A DNA stretch of 64,000 nt, taken from NCBI GenBank assembly GCA_038496445.1, contig JALMLS010000097.1:1-64000 (forward strand). Direction: 5' to 3'. The notes below the pieces were generated by a model, which saw nothing but the letters and a program-made list of their open reading frames with translations, made no database searches and had not been told where the DNA came from. Below, in pieces: positions 1 through 13,305 of this stretch. The translations under genes and the position numbers were made by a program. The first letter of the stretch is position 1. Every line of letters begins with the position of its first letter. This DNA comes from Trichosphaerium sp. ATCC 40318 (Eukaryota; Protista; Tubulinea).

Positions 1-416
1 ACATTTCTGCTCAAAATGCCACCAAGCATGGTGTAGCAAACTGCAATGTCGGTTCAGAATTGACTGTTGGTCATACTTACACTGTTCTCTTGAGCCGTTC
101 TCACCTGAGGTATGCCTACAAACACGTTGAACAATAAAACTAAGACTTACGCTAACTTTCTGAAAAGAGCTTTATTCGCCTTCACAGTTGATTCTATTGG
201 TCCTCTTCCAATTACCAAAGAGACTAAGATGGATATCACATATGGTATGAAAATAGTTAATCCATTAAAACCAACCATGCAATGCAATGAGTGTTAAATC
301 AAACTTATTTTTGATTAGGATTATTGATGAATCAACGGTCTTCAGTTGAAGCTCGATCACCAGATTTCGATTGGAGTAAACCTATTGGTGAACTTGATGT
401 AAAAATTACACAATAA
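1..416 (+). CDS. 3' end (3 exons) of a protein of unknown function, 5'-truncated by the window edge
   Basis: Open exons ISAQNATKHG...SHL / ALFAFTVDSIGPLP...DITY / GLLMNQRSS...KITQ* joined by GT-AG introns (about 110-168 and 245-318). Confidence 0.55.
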
Positions 417-524
417 AGTTTCATTCCTCTTCAAACAGTAAACAAAACAAATGAGTTTAAATAAACAGCAACAGATCTTGTTAAGTACTATGTGAAACAT
501 AGGCTTTAGATTGTATTGTATACT

Positions 525-1440
525 TTACTTTGCATGTCTTAATACGTTACACATTGCATCTTTTAGCCTTGTTTCATCAACGCTGGTGTAAAGTATAACA
601 TTCGCAGAACGGTTCCAAACATTCTGAAAATCACCAATAGTTGCACCTGTTGTCAATTCGCCTTTTGTCTCAACATCAACGCATATCTCACGTGATGTGA
701 ACATTGTAGGTTCTAGTATTGTCATTGTAGACATAGGATCGTCAACCTTACTTAAAGTTTCATGTACTTGTAGGTAAGATTAAAATCAGAAATCTCAAAG
801 CTTCTCACTTTAGAAAAAAACATTACCTGCATTAAAAAATATTTTGGCTGCTTCAGGATCAATCGATACTGCCACAATTATTAGCTTTGAACGTTCATTG
901 TTGTACTTACTGTTAAATTCAGCTGCAGTTGTTCTATTACCAGGATAACCTACAGCACCTCCCATTGTGTAGACTTCATGGACGTAATTTATCTGAAACT
1001 TTACGATCCGTTTTAGGATAGTCTAGAAAAAACCAGTAAACAAACCAGCGTATTTCTTTGTTTGTGTACCTGTGTCACCCATACCATCATAGCCATATAC
1101 ACAATAATCACTGGGTCTATGAGCACGTGCTAAAGGCTTCAACGCGCCAACAAAGACCTGTTTTGCAATGAGCAAATACAAAAAAAAAGACTGATTTTTT
1201 GTCCGTACCGGCACGTGGCGCCTGTTTGCTACTTCTAGGATCTTGAACGCGTTTTCCGCCATTTGTTTAACGTCACTTAGGTTCCCAGGTACGATTGTAA
1301 TCCCGAGAACCTTAATTTTAGGCGAAACAAGCGCTAGGAGTATAGCTAGAGCGTCATCGACTGGGTTTTATGTTAATTAATATCAAAAACGGTATTAGCG
1401 TACCTCCTGGGTCTGTATCTATTATAACTGGGCGTGCCAT
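525..1440 (-). pseudogene. Inosine/uridine-preferring nucleoside hydrolase, internally deleted
   Basis: MARPVIIDTDPG-VDDALAI (DxDxxxDD motif), MGGAVGYPGNRTTAAEFNISIDPEAA, VDVETKGELTTGAT. The GPLTN segment and about 60 aa before the HDP-equivalent are absent, with a frame break near 990. Confidence 0.75.
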
Positions 1441-1857
1441 ACTGTTTTTAACTAGTTTACCTCGTTTGAATCATGCTATGAAGATATTTTTCTATTTATG
1501 GCTTTTTGTACCGTATGACATTAGTCTTGTTCAATACAAACGTTAGCGCTAATCGAACAGTATTTAGTTGCGTGTACCTCTTTTGGCGTGGATTAAGCAC
1601 ACTGCCAAAGAAGGAGAACATTTTTTGCCATTTTCTAAAGTGCAAGCTAATTATGCTTTGTACCATTATTTTTGCCACCATTTTTAAGCTAATTCGGTAC
1701 AAAAGATACCACACAAGTCATATTAAGTTTACTTTGAGTAATCACGTGATAACAGTCTGTAATTTGCCTTTCAAAACGACAAAATGTTGCCTCTTGATTA
1801 ATTGTGTGAATTACGTTCATAATAAGATCATTTTTCTCAACATCGTAACAACTGAAG

Positions 1858-3321
1858 ATGCAAAACTTTGTGTCAGGTACACGTTAGAATAAGTACAAGA
1901 GTCTCCTTGGCAATCCAAAACAATTCAACTTTACGAGTCTTAAATAATTTCCAAAAAACTTTATACTTTTGTCACGTGTCATTTATGTTATTTTTTCTTG
2001 TTGTTTTTGTATTTTTAATATTTGCGCTTGGTTTGTTATTATTTTGGATCAAACAACTTACCACAACTAGTCACTTGCTTGATTCTATGCTTATGTGTGA
2101 CAACAGTATTTCTACAGCAGTATACTCCAGATCCAGCTGATTGGTCGTCATTCGAAACAAAAGCGATTTCCAGCAACCAAGTATCACATGATCCTGATGG
2201 CGTACTTTGGATTAACGCTCAAGCATGGGAAGACTCTAAATGGGATGGAACTATTTACAATCCTTCCAAAATGAACAGAGAGGACTTCTGGAAGGCTATT
2301 TGCCCTCAAGTAGATCGTATTAGAGGCATACGCGAGGTATTCTATAAGCACAATCCTTTTGCCGACGTCTTGAATCCAACGAAAGCAGAAGTCGATGAGT
2401 GGCATCGTATAGCGTTAAATCACGTGCGAGCGCTAGTAGGTACGAAAAAAAGAGTATACCAATTAATTTGTAAAAAAGCCACTTTGGCATGTCACGTGTT
2501 TTCTACATGCAGCTTAGGAAGTAGAAAAAACAAAAGTGATCTTTTTTAGGCTATACGAGTGCTGACAGACAAGTAAAGAAGGATTACTGCATGTTTGCTC
2601 GTGCTCAGTGGGGTGCTGAACGCAAGTTCACTACAATGTGGGACACAAAATACCCTGCCACAGCAGATTCTGCAGAAGTTTACGGTCCTTGTCAAAGCAG
2701 TACAAACTCTCACTGTGGAGCAAGTTTCGTACCTTCTGATCCTGACGATCAAAAGCCTTACTTACCTGATGGTCATTCTCCTTGTGTTGCCGCAGGTGGT
2801 GGAGCTGAGGGCATTTTTCCTGGTCCAAAATCAGGAATTCCTTGGTCGCTCAAGTGGTCTCGTGGTCTGTGTAATACTTTGGCTGATGAAGGATTCTGGG
2901 TGGCCATGTTGGTCCATTCTTTCATAGAGAAAAGTTTGGATACAGCTTCTGGGATACTAACAAAGCCGACAGCCAAAGTGTTGCTGAGTTGAGAGCGAAA
3001 TGGCACGGTACTTTGATGCCTAATCTTTACTGTGATCCATCAGAGTCTGGATGCAATCCTACAGACATACCAACAGCAGAACCGAGTATGCCATCAGAAG
3101 CTTCACCAACAACAGAAGCGCCTTCACCAACAACAGAAGCGCCTTCAGCAACTACAGAATCGCCTTCAGCAACAACAGAATCTCCAATGGCACCTGATGC
3201 GCCTAGTGATGGATCCGTGATGCCGAGTGAAGTGACTGTTGCACCAACGGAAGATACTTCTTCCAGCACTAACCTTGTATCCTTCTCTTTGGTCCTTCTC
3301 TTTGTCTCATGGAGCATGTAA
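1858..3321 (+). CDS. Secreted, probably GPI-anchored protein: Trp/Cys-rich globular domain plus TEAPS mucin-like stalk
   Basis: Signal peptide MQNFVS|VTCLILCLCVTTVFLQ; introns about 1877-2070 and 2440-2549; one-base shift in a G run near 2900 restores GFWGGHVGPFFHREKFG; S/T/P/E stalk; hydrophobic C-terminus. Confidence 0.7.
3095..3185 (+). repeat. 21-bp coding tandem repeat (TTEAPSP-like heptapeptide, about 4 copies)
   Basis: Repeated cagaagcgccttcaccaacaa-like units. Confidence 0.8.
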
Positions 3322-3427
3322 ACTCATTAAGCAGTACTTCAAATATATTTCATTTACCACAACAGTTTTTTTTTTGATTAACACGTGATGCAAATCAGTT
3401 TTTATTTTAGACAAACCAATAAGAAAA

Positions 3428-4546
3428 ATGACTAACACAAATAGTCTTTATTTTTCTACACATTTGTTATGTTTCCATTCGGTAGTAGGCGTAGTGATAT
3501 TCGTAATGATGAATACAAACTTATAATTGAACCACATCAACGTTTTTTAGGAGTATTTTTGGGCGAAATAAACAGCGAAAAGCGTATGTTTACCTGTTCT
3601 CTAACACCAGGCCGTTCTGTGTATGACGAGGTGACAGTAGCAGTGAAAAGCCAAGTACGACGATTCAAAACAATTAATAGCCAACAGAAGCCAGGAACAC
3701 AGTCTTAACTCTTAATAGGAACCTAATGAGAAAAAAGAATACAGAACATGGAATCCATTCCAATCAAAGCTTGCAGCAGCAATCATCAGCGGTGTTATTA
3801 ATATTCACATGGCGCCTGGATCAAGAGTGCTCTACTTGGGTGCTGCATCTGGTATTACAGTCTCTCATGTGTCTGACATTGTTGGAGAGGTATGTTGCTT
3901 TGTAACAAATACCAGACTTAGTTACATACATTTTAGAAGGGTGTTGTTTATGCTGTAGAAGTTTCTCACAAACGTGGTCGTGAGTTGGTTGAAGTTGCCA
4001 AAAACAGACCAAATATTGTTCCAATCATTGAGGATGCCCGTTATCCACATAAATACAGGTAGAGTAGATAAAAGACAACTGCTTTCTACTCAATAACAAA
4101 CTTAGAATGCTGGTCAATACAGTTGATTGCATCTTCTCTGATATTTCTACACGTGACCAAGCACATATTATTGGTGTGAATGCGCAATATTTCCTTTCAG
4201 ATGGAGGAGGCTTTGTTATTTCTGTCCATGTACATATGATCCCTTCTTTTTGTTGCTGTAGCTGAAGGTTATTTAACTCACTCGCTACCACAGGCCAAGC
4301 GGCAAATCTTTGGTGATGCAATGCTACCTGAGCAGTTTTACTCACAAACTGTAAAAGATCTAAGAGCAGAAAAGTTCACCATTCTGTTGTTAAATTTACT
4401 TTGTTGCACACAAGCATAAACTAAAAACGCTGTTAGACAACTTATAGTCTTACAGCACTTAGGCCTAGGAACAAATTACTCTGGAACCATATGAAACAAG
4501 CCATGCTATAATTATTGGAACTTACTTACCAAATAGAAAAAAATAG
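3428..4546 (+). CDS. Divergent fibrillarin paralog lacking the GAR domain
   Basis: [61 protein letters not shown]. Several intron positions match the canonical copy at 27383-29060. Start codon uncertain. Confidence 0.85.
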
Positions 4547-4762
4547 TTTCCCTTTCTGTTGATCAACGACAAGTAGCATGTATTAGCTTTTCTCACAACG
4601 TGCTATAGCACGCGAATAAACACCGACCATATTACGTTGGTAGTTCCTATAAACCAACACAGAAAGATACAACTGCTTTTGTGCAAAACATGTTTTCAAT
4701 GAATAAAAAAGCTATAAAAATCTGTTCAATTGAACCCGTCACATCTCTTTGCTTTGTTTTTG

Positions 4763-6958
4763 ATGACTTCGGTAAATGATCTACCCAATGAGATACTCCA
4801 ACACATATTTATGAACCTTTCTCCTCAACAACTATGCCACAACTGCTCTACAGTATGTACAGTCACCACGCGCACGTGACTAACGGTATTTAGGTTTCAA
4901 AAATTGGTGTGCTGTTTTTGCGTTACCTACAACATGGATTAAACCGCTGAGCGAAAAACGGCATCAAATATGAAGATGGTAAGACTACAAATTATTTATG
5001 GAATACTAACGTCTACCAAGCATCTAAAATGCTTGAACTGTGTCGTGGTACATGGGTTGCGCTTGTACGCATACTTGTCAAACCTACCGTTGAAATTGCT
5101 ACAGAAACATCCTCAAATTGACACCGTACGTTAACAAACTACTTGTATACAAACCACGTGACAGTGAACCTAATTTTTGCATCACAGTGCTCAATAACGA
5201 CTTTTTTTACTAAGTGATTTTTGCTTTAGTTTATACACAAGGACATCAGGCTATGCAAAGAGTTGGAACAAACTGAGAAACCAAGCTATGGTTGTCTTTT
5301 CAGCATAGAATCTATACACGTGTACAGTTGATGGATTTGTCAAACTGATTTGTCACAACACAAAGTTTGCTCATACAGAACTTGTTGATGACTTATGTTT
5401 TAATATTAAAACGATCAACTATGACACCTCAAGTATGTTCATTGTAGTGATTAATGTTTAATCAAATTAGGTGACTTGGTTGCGCTCATAGCAGGCCATC
5501 TTTGTTACAAACATGAGTTTGTTTCTCATATTATTCCTAAACTCATGTCAATATACAAGGCGAATTCAAAAAGTGTTGATGCTCATAGGTACACACCGTC
5601 ACCCTTTCCTCATTTGCCTTCATAACACATTTGGTGTAACTAATCAAAATAAAACAAGGGTAATCCAGTTTTGGGATATGTTTTATCACACGTGCCACTT
5701 TGTGATGACATTGCAACTTCATCGAATACTTTCTCTTTACAATTTGAAGCTTCTCTTAAAGTGTTATCGCCAGATCACTACAAAGTACTATCAAAAGCGT
5801 TCTCAGATAGAATACAAGTGATGCTTCAAACCAAAAAACAAACAGGTAAAATCACATGTGCTTACAGATATGTTTTTGTAGAAAAAAAATCAGAGTTCTG
5901 TTTCCGAGGATTCTGTTACACTGAGCCATTGGCATCAAATCTGTTGATACCAAAGAAATGTATCAAGAAAACAGATGTATTGTGGGATATACCACAAAGA
6001 GAACTTGCAATAGAGATGACACTAAAGACACATGAATTGTATGGTTCTCTTTTTTGCTTGTTTACACATTCATTTACACATTGTTTCAAGAATGAGGAAA
6101 TGTTTGATGATAGCTCTATTCTTTTGCCCATACCCTTTTCATAGATCAGTACAGGCACTTAGAGATCATTTCACATTAGTACGATATTAAAAGTATGAAT
6201 GGCTTTCTGACCAACGCTTTTAGGTGGCTGGATATGTAACTGAACAAGTGTTGCAGGGAAAGACTGCTGACATCCGTGCAAAGCGAATTTCATACTTTAT
6301 TAAGTTGGCTCAACAACTTGTTGATATTGGTAATACTCATGATGCTTGTGGTGTTATTAGTGGACTACATAGTGGACCTGTATATAGGCTAAAAGGCACA
6401 TTCAGCAAGGTTAAGATTTCAAACAAAATACCAATTCTGAGCCGCACTCTTTTTTTTCCTTCTTTTTTCTCAAACGTGGCTAATCAAGAGCCTGTAGATT
6501 TCAATATCAACGATGTTGTCACATGAAAGTTTAAGCGTTTTATTGAGTGTAACTGAACGCAACAAGGATATTCGAGAATTTTGTTTGTACGTTTAAATAA
6601 GTGTTTTGCAACGTTGTCCCATTACCTGAAGACCTCGTCTTCTCATTCTTTGTACAGAAAGCGTAGTGAGTATAACCAACCACAAGTTCCTTACATTGGA
6701 TTATATCTACGAGACATAGTTCTTACACAAGAAAGTGGTTGTTTACGTCCACCATTTCCACAATACAACATGAGAAAATACAACATCCTGTTAGAGGTTA
6801 TTGGTTATTTTAACAAAACATTAAAACCTTGCTATAACTTTAAATCAGTGGCTTGGCTAAGATCAACCATAAATGGATGGAGAACTACAATGAATGAAAA
6901 CGAAAAATACAACATATCTTTGGAGGTTGAACCGAGGAAACATAAAATAAGAACATGA
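4763..6958 (+). CDS. F-box + RasGEF (CDC25) domain protein, copy 1 (contains indels)
   Basis: MTSVNDLPNEILQHIFMNLSPQQLCHNCST|VSKNW (F-box); FIKLAQQLVDIGNTHDACGVISGLHSGPVYRLKGTF and VPYIGLYLRDI (RasGEF core). Confidence 0.8.
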
Positions 6959-7558
6959 AGTAATATCAAAAGACTGGACAAATTTAAGCTTTGAAATTGA
7001 CATTGTGAATAAAGAAACAACATATTGTACTGCCACATGTTGTAATAGTATTGCTAGAGCAACTACCGGAGTCATCAAGACAAAGCAAAGAGATGCGATG
7101 GTGTTAACTATTCAGTGGGTACACGGTCAATGGAAAGAGGTTTGTTAAGTCAATGATTATATGCCATTTGGCATTCACTTAGTCTATTGTTAGTCGATGG
7201 AATTACTTCATCTCATCTTCAAAAAATCTGCGCATGAGGCACCAGTCACCAGGCGTCAAGTAAAAAAAATGCTCACGTGTTTGTTTTAAAATAGAAAAAC
7301 TCAAAAAAAATCTTGAATCTTGATAAAACCCAACCGAGGAGATTGTTTGTTTGTAGACATACTACTTATTGTAAGGTACGTAGATATAGGTTAAACGAAC
7401 TGTTTATTAAGTTAAGCGCTGACATAGTCATACCTCGTCAAGGTACATCACACTTATTAACAAACAATAATTACAATACACCACCGAGAGCATAGCATCC
7501 ACAATAACAAAAACAACACAAACCTTTACGAAAAACACCAATAGCATCAATAACAGCC

Positions 7559-8498
7559 ATGGGTGTTAATTATCAGGGTAAACGAAGAAATAGAGCTAAC
7601 AAATCAAGATCTCCTACAAAACCAAAAAAAAAACACGTCCAAGACGCCAAAATCAACACCCATCACCACATTGGAAGAGAGGTAGATCAAAAGACGTACT
7701 TACAATGAAAGGCCACTATCTCTATATTGTTCGAGCCAAAATTATGCCCCTGTAAGCACAGGTTACTGTAGTTCAAGCCTTGAGTATTGTCCAACATATT
7801 CTACTATAAGCCCAAAGTATGCTCCTATATCACCGGCAAGTCCAAAGTATTCTCCTACCAGTCCAAAGTATTCTCCTACAAGTCCAATATATGCTCCTAC
7901 AAGTCAAAGTACTCTCCTACAAGCCCAAAGTATTCTCCTTCAAGTCCAAGTATGATCCTATCATCCCGGCATATGATCCTACATCAACGGCATATTCTCC
8001 TATAAGCCCAAGGTATACTCCTATATCACTGGCAAGTCCAAAGTATTCTCCTACCAGCCCAAAGTATACTCCTATATCACTCACCAGGCAAGTCCAAAGT
8101 ATTCTCCTACAAGTCCAAAGTATCCTCCTTCAAGCCCAATATATGCTCCTGCAAGTCCAAAGTACTCTCCTACAAGCCCAAAGTATCCTCCTTCAAGCCC
8201 AATATATGCTCCTACAAGTCCAAAGTATTCTCCTACAAGCCCAAAGTATACTCCTATAAGCCCGAAGTACACTCCTTCAAGCTCAAGTTATACTCCTTGT
8301 ATATTACCTGCACATTCTTCACCAGCACCCTCATATGTTCTTGATCAAAGCTCAATGTATTCTCCGTCAAGGAGATCAAAATATAGCTCTTCAAGAAAAA
8401 GACACACGAATAACCGATCTAGATCATATGCAAAGCGAAATAGGAATACTTGGGTATCATCATTCACACGAACAAGGAACCACAGAAGATACAGGTAA
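7559..8498 (+). CDS. Intronless stand-alone protein with about 22 RNA Pol II CTD-like heptads between basic R/K/S-rich termini
   Basis: [19 protein letters not shown]...; array of [28 protein letters not shown]; ends ...[27 protein letters not shown]...RRYR*. About 5 single-base deletions must be repaired for one frame. Confidence 0.7.
7797..8296 (+). repeat. 21-bp tandem repeat encoding YSPTSPK-type heptads, with three longer YxPISxASPK units
   Basis: Consensus tattctcctacaagtccaaag repeated about 22 times with synonymous-site variation. Confidence 0.95.
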
Positions 8499-8892
8499 AC
8501 AATAAACAATTGATTCTCTATGTACTGTTGAAGATGTGTAATAAATAATACATTACCTAACAAAAACTATTCTGTATCTTATGACGTTCTTACTGGTACA
8601 CCACTTTTAGGATATAAATTATAGCCAAATGAGTTGTTTTATATTGACCAACCACATGATTTCTTTGAAATAAGCGCAAGTTACAAGTTGTGAACAGTAC
8701 ACTAAATATAAATGACGCCTTTTTTATTTGGGGTTTTACACTAAAAGAATTTGGCAAGATAACTACCATGGTAGAATTGCAAAGTTCGGATTGGTTGTGA
8801 CTGCGAAACATGGTGTCTTTACAAAATAAAGTTAAAAGTCTACCTGATATACAAAAAAATTGGTAAGCTGCAGTTAGCTATAACTTTGTTTA

Positions 8893-11022
8893 TTATGATG
8901 GTTGTAAAGACTCCACATCTTCTTCATTAACACTAATATCAAAATATAAGTAAGAGTGATTTAAAGTGTCAAACTTACGGGTGTGAAGGACGTGTTAGTA
9001 TCAAGCCGTTATAGTTTGCATCGCGAAGTGCAAATGCGAATCCAAGTAGAATTGCTGTAGGAACTACAGATACAGCAAACATGCCAAAGTTTACCCAATA
9101 ATAATAGTTATTAGGTGACACAAGTGTATCGAGAACAGGTGTCAAGAATGTACCAATACCACTGATACAGTATCCTCTACAGTCAAAATAACTTGTCAGT
9201 ATCACATGATAAAAAACTATATTTGAACGTCTTTTGTTTATCACGTGTCAATTATATGGTGTTTGGTTTTGATTTAAATTAGTATTTGATGCGTACACAA
9301 CTACGATTCTACTAAAGTTTCTTGGACAGTATTGTTGAATCAGCTGATTAGAGAAAAGAAAAGTTGACATTCTCCATAAAATAAAAAAGATAAAAGTGGC
9401 GTATTGTAAGTTTGCAATCTACCCCGTAGATATTAGCTTCAAAAGTAAATCAGAAAATATACGATCTCTACCTTAATCATAGAAAAAGCAACCCACATGA
9501 GCCCAAGGATAAGAGATAGTAAGGCACCTCTCCAAGCAGTCCGCAAACCTAAGAAACATCATTTAGTTTTAAAAAAATGATTATGCAAACGAATAAGTAA
9601 GTTCACGTGTACCTTCCACTTTTGTATGAAACATAAATCCTGCCAGGGGAGCAAATAATGAAAGTGCTGGTAGTAATATAGAAAACCCTAACGTGAGATC
9701 ATGAGCAGTATCGTCATCAGCATCAACTGTTCCAATATTTGTCACCCAATTAATCTGATCAGGTACAGTACTCAAGTAGAAGTAACCCAATGGTGCTGTA
9801 CATATCGCATACGCCCTTCATATGAAAGTCTTAATTGAGACGCTTTAGATCAGATTGAACATACCATGACGCAATAACGATGGGATTTGGAGCATCTTTC
9901 GAAATCTCCAAGAGCGATGGTGGTTTTTCCCCAACAACTGGTTGGTTTTCTTGCGTCAGTAAAGAATAATCAGGGTCCATGAAGAAAGCAGATGGTATAA
10001 CGAATATGAACACAAGTACACCATATCCTAAGAAGACCCATCTAAGAAAGAGAAATCAGGAATTAGTTCGTGAACAAGAAAAAAGGAAGAAATGTACCTT
10101 AGCGATACACCCCAGTCATACACTACGAGAAACAACCAAAATATAATACCACTAAGATCCAAAGATCCTGTTAGAAAGCCATTGATATAACCAATCGCAT
10201 TTGGCTTGACTACAATACAACTTAGCTAACAGAATTAACCATTACATTGATTTGTACCTTTGGAGGCTGCGCCCATATAAAACTGCATGCAAGCGAGGTA
10301 CACCATAGCTCCGACAAAAGTAGCAATGAGCCAACACGCTGGTAGTAACCAAGATGATATCTAAAGACAGTGTATGTAAAATTGAAAAAGGCGCTGAGTG
10401 CTGTACGTAGTAAGGAACTTCTGGAGAATGAACAAAAGCTGCCACAATCCAACTTGCACTTATTACTACCCCGCAAGTATTATGTTCCATTTGACATTTC
10501 CAAGACGCACTACAAACTCTCCAGCAAGGTAGGCTAAAACATAGAATCCACCAAAAGCAATCTGAGGCAACCTGTTGAGCGCCAAGTTCTGAGCCTGAAA
10601 AAAATACGTCACAAAAAAAAAAGAACTTCCATGCCGTGACTCAAACAAATATCACGTGACTCAAAAAGTACGAACATCACAACAAGGTTCTAATCTTGAA
10701 GGAACACAAGTTTCTCTCCAATCATCACCACATAAATTAGCGTACACTTTAGACTCCAACAAGGCTGGTTTAAGCGCAGTGTAATTGGTTATTGGTCCTT
10801 TCAAGTAGATTAGGTTTTATAGTACCCTTGCAACGCAAATAAATAGGTAAAAGGCATACCTGTCACCAGTATGCATATAAGTATGGCATGAGCTACCAAG
10901 AAATAAAGGCGTATGATAAACTAGAACTGTTTTATTTACACCCTAAACGACACTAATTGTGCCTTTCTTTCAGTGTGCGCGTTAGCTTTTGAATAATCAT
11001 CAAGCAAAGGTTGTGCTTCCAT
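8893..11022 (-). CDS. MFS transporter, SLC43/LAT3/Fmp42-like
   Basis: Multi-exon, many TM segments; N-terminal GPITNYTALKPALLESKVYANLC...CCD|AQNLALNRL Cys-containing loop typical of the family. Confidence 0.65.
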
Positions 11023-11429
11023 CACTCTTCGAGATTTACTTTGCGACTTGTCAAAAAACAGTCAGTTTTAACTGAATTAGCTGGCCTCAAACACACACAT
11101 CCAGAAATGAGTACAGCGAAACACTTATTGTACTCATAAAAACGGTTTTGGCATAGGGTTGACGTTTTTTTTCTGAAAGTCCGTAGTGACTCTTTCCTGT
11201 AGATACAATTTATCAAGACGCGTTGCGTAACCAGTATGTCACCGTACAAGAGTTTTTGACGGAAGTTACATCAATTAACGCCAAGTCGGTATGGCTGACG
11301 GTGACGACTCGCTTATGGGTAATTTCTTGGCTACTGGGATAGCTCAAGCCAAGAAAGCAGTTGAAGAAGATGTATTAGGGATAAACGACCGCTCTTAACT
11401 ACGTACGAGCGCTGAACTTAGGTTTTATC

Positions 11430-11672
11430 ACGTGAATAGCATCTGCAGATAATGTCTTGAATTTCAAAAAAAAAAGTGTCACTGGTTGATTACTTTCGTC
11501 TGGCCTTATTAGTAGTACGCATCCATTTGTATCATATATTTAACCACAATAGTCCTTGCCATGCAAACAATAATTAGAAAGGTAATGTATCAGGCTTGCT
11601 TCAATTGCTCGTTTAGGTCTTCACTAAGCTCATCAGATTGGACCAAGTCAATGTCAATGCCATGAGTACAAG
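11430..11672 (-). pseudogene. Decayed fourth copy of the Cys-rich prepropeptide gene
   Basis: Reverse strand gtactcatggcattgac...ccaatctgatgagcttagtgaagacctaaacgagcaattgaag and caaggactattgtgg...tgatacaaatggatg align to exons 1-2 of the copy at 14074. Confidence 0.65.
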
Positions 11673-11948
11673 TGTTATGGTAAAATAATATTTTGTTTTA
11701 CGATCGTAAGTCTACTTTGCAAAACCCAGATAGAATACCGCTGTTTGGTTCAGTATATTGATGACTTAAGATCAAGGATAGCAAGTGTTGGATTTAGCGA
11801 AAAAGAAATGAGATAAAACAGCAAACAGTTTATGATACTTTAGTTCAGTGAATAAGAAGTACTTAAAATCGATGTCTAAGTGCATTCAAACAAAACAAAA
11901 TTATTAAACCTCAACCAACAACAAACCTCATCTTCAAACAAACAACAA

Positions 11949-12357
11949 ATGAACACAACAATATTATTCGTATTGGTGACTTTGGCATTGATACCAATTG
12001 CCTTGACGACCCAATCTAAAGACTCTGAAGAAATGCCAGACATGCACGAAAAGAGATCAACTGAGGTATGTCTATTGCTACTTTTACATTCAGTATGTTA
12101 ACTAACGCCCCATTCTAGCAAGGACCATTATTGTGTGGCGAAACATGTGATACAAATGGATGGTGTCCTCCTGGATGGCGTAAACGTGGTCGTGAAAAGA
12201 ATGGTCAATGTACGTGAAAATTAAAGGTTGGTAAACTTCTTAGTACTTACCTTTATTAGGTTCAACTACATACTGCTATCCTGGATCTCCATTATGCTTT
12301 CGCATCAGAAGTGACAAATGGTGTTGCTGGAGCGAAGCTGCATGTGGAAGCTGCTAA
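11949..12357 (+). CDS. Secreted 10-Cys prepropeptide, copy A
   Basis: 3 exons: MNTTILFVLVTLALIPIALTTQSKDSEEMPDMHEKRSTE|QGPLLCGETCDTNGWCPPGWRKRGREKNGQ|CSTTYCYPGSPLCFRIRSDKWCCWSEAACGSC*. Confidence 0.85.
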
Positions 12358-13305
12358 GATCGCAAGCCATACTTGTTGTACCATAATCATTGTATGCAAT
12401 CAATAAACGCGCCAACAAGTAGAATCAGACTACAGTTTACTAAACTGCTCGTATATCAAAATGAAGCATGCACATCAGTCACATTTATTCGGTTAATGAA
12501 TTATGGAATGCTCTTGGTGTACCAGCCAGTCATAGTTGTTTAAAATTTAATTACATTTTTAGTGTTCAAAGTTGATCCACTCTGACAGAAAATTGCCTCA
12601 TTCCAGCACCTCTCAGTTTTGTTAGATTATTAATAATCCAGGGTAGCGGTATATCAGTGTGGACAGTTTGGTTTGTTCACACTTGTAACGCTGTTCGTGA
12701 CCATGTCTACCCATTTAGTTCACTACAGAAAAATGTGTCACGCTCACAACTGTGCAAAAAATTGTTGACTTACTTCTTATGCCATAGTTCACTCACTGAG
12801 CTAATTAGATTGGACCATCAAGGCAGCAATCAATGGCATAAGGACAAACGTAAAAAGAAGGGTGTTTACATTGTCTTCAGTTACAGTCTGGATTTGTGCT
12901 GCTATGCGAATTAAACTTGCCTATATACCATTCGCTCTATCAACATCTGTTGTGTAACTGTACCATTTGGAAGCCACACCCTGCCTGGATGTTGTATCAC
13001 TTGCCCAAAAAGAAATTGTAAGTCTGTACTGCTTTACTCTAGCTCTACGTTGAACATTATTTTAGCGATTGAACAGGGTTTCACTTCTGGTTTCTGTTAA
13101 AGCTCAATTTTAAATGGCTAATGTAATTGCCTACGCTTGTTGGGTTTTACAGGCACACACATTGCCATATGCGCTGTCTATTCGACGGGCTCACAAAATG
13201 TGTTGTTAAATTGCAACTATAAACAAATGCGACCTAACTGTGATAACGAACAATAGTAAAACTTGGGTTTATTTAGTTTTACATTAATATTGGAGTGCCA
13301 AGATA

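Noticed and set aside
7787-8272. ORFs with LLQVQSI or YFGLVGE repeats
   Set aside because: Alternative frames and antisense of the YSPTSPK array.
7559-8498. Calling the heptad array RPB1
   Set aside because: No Rpb1 body upstream; the region is bounded by an unrelated gene and has its own ATG.
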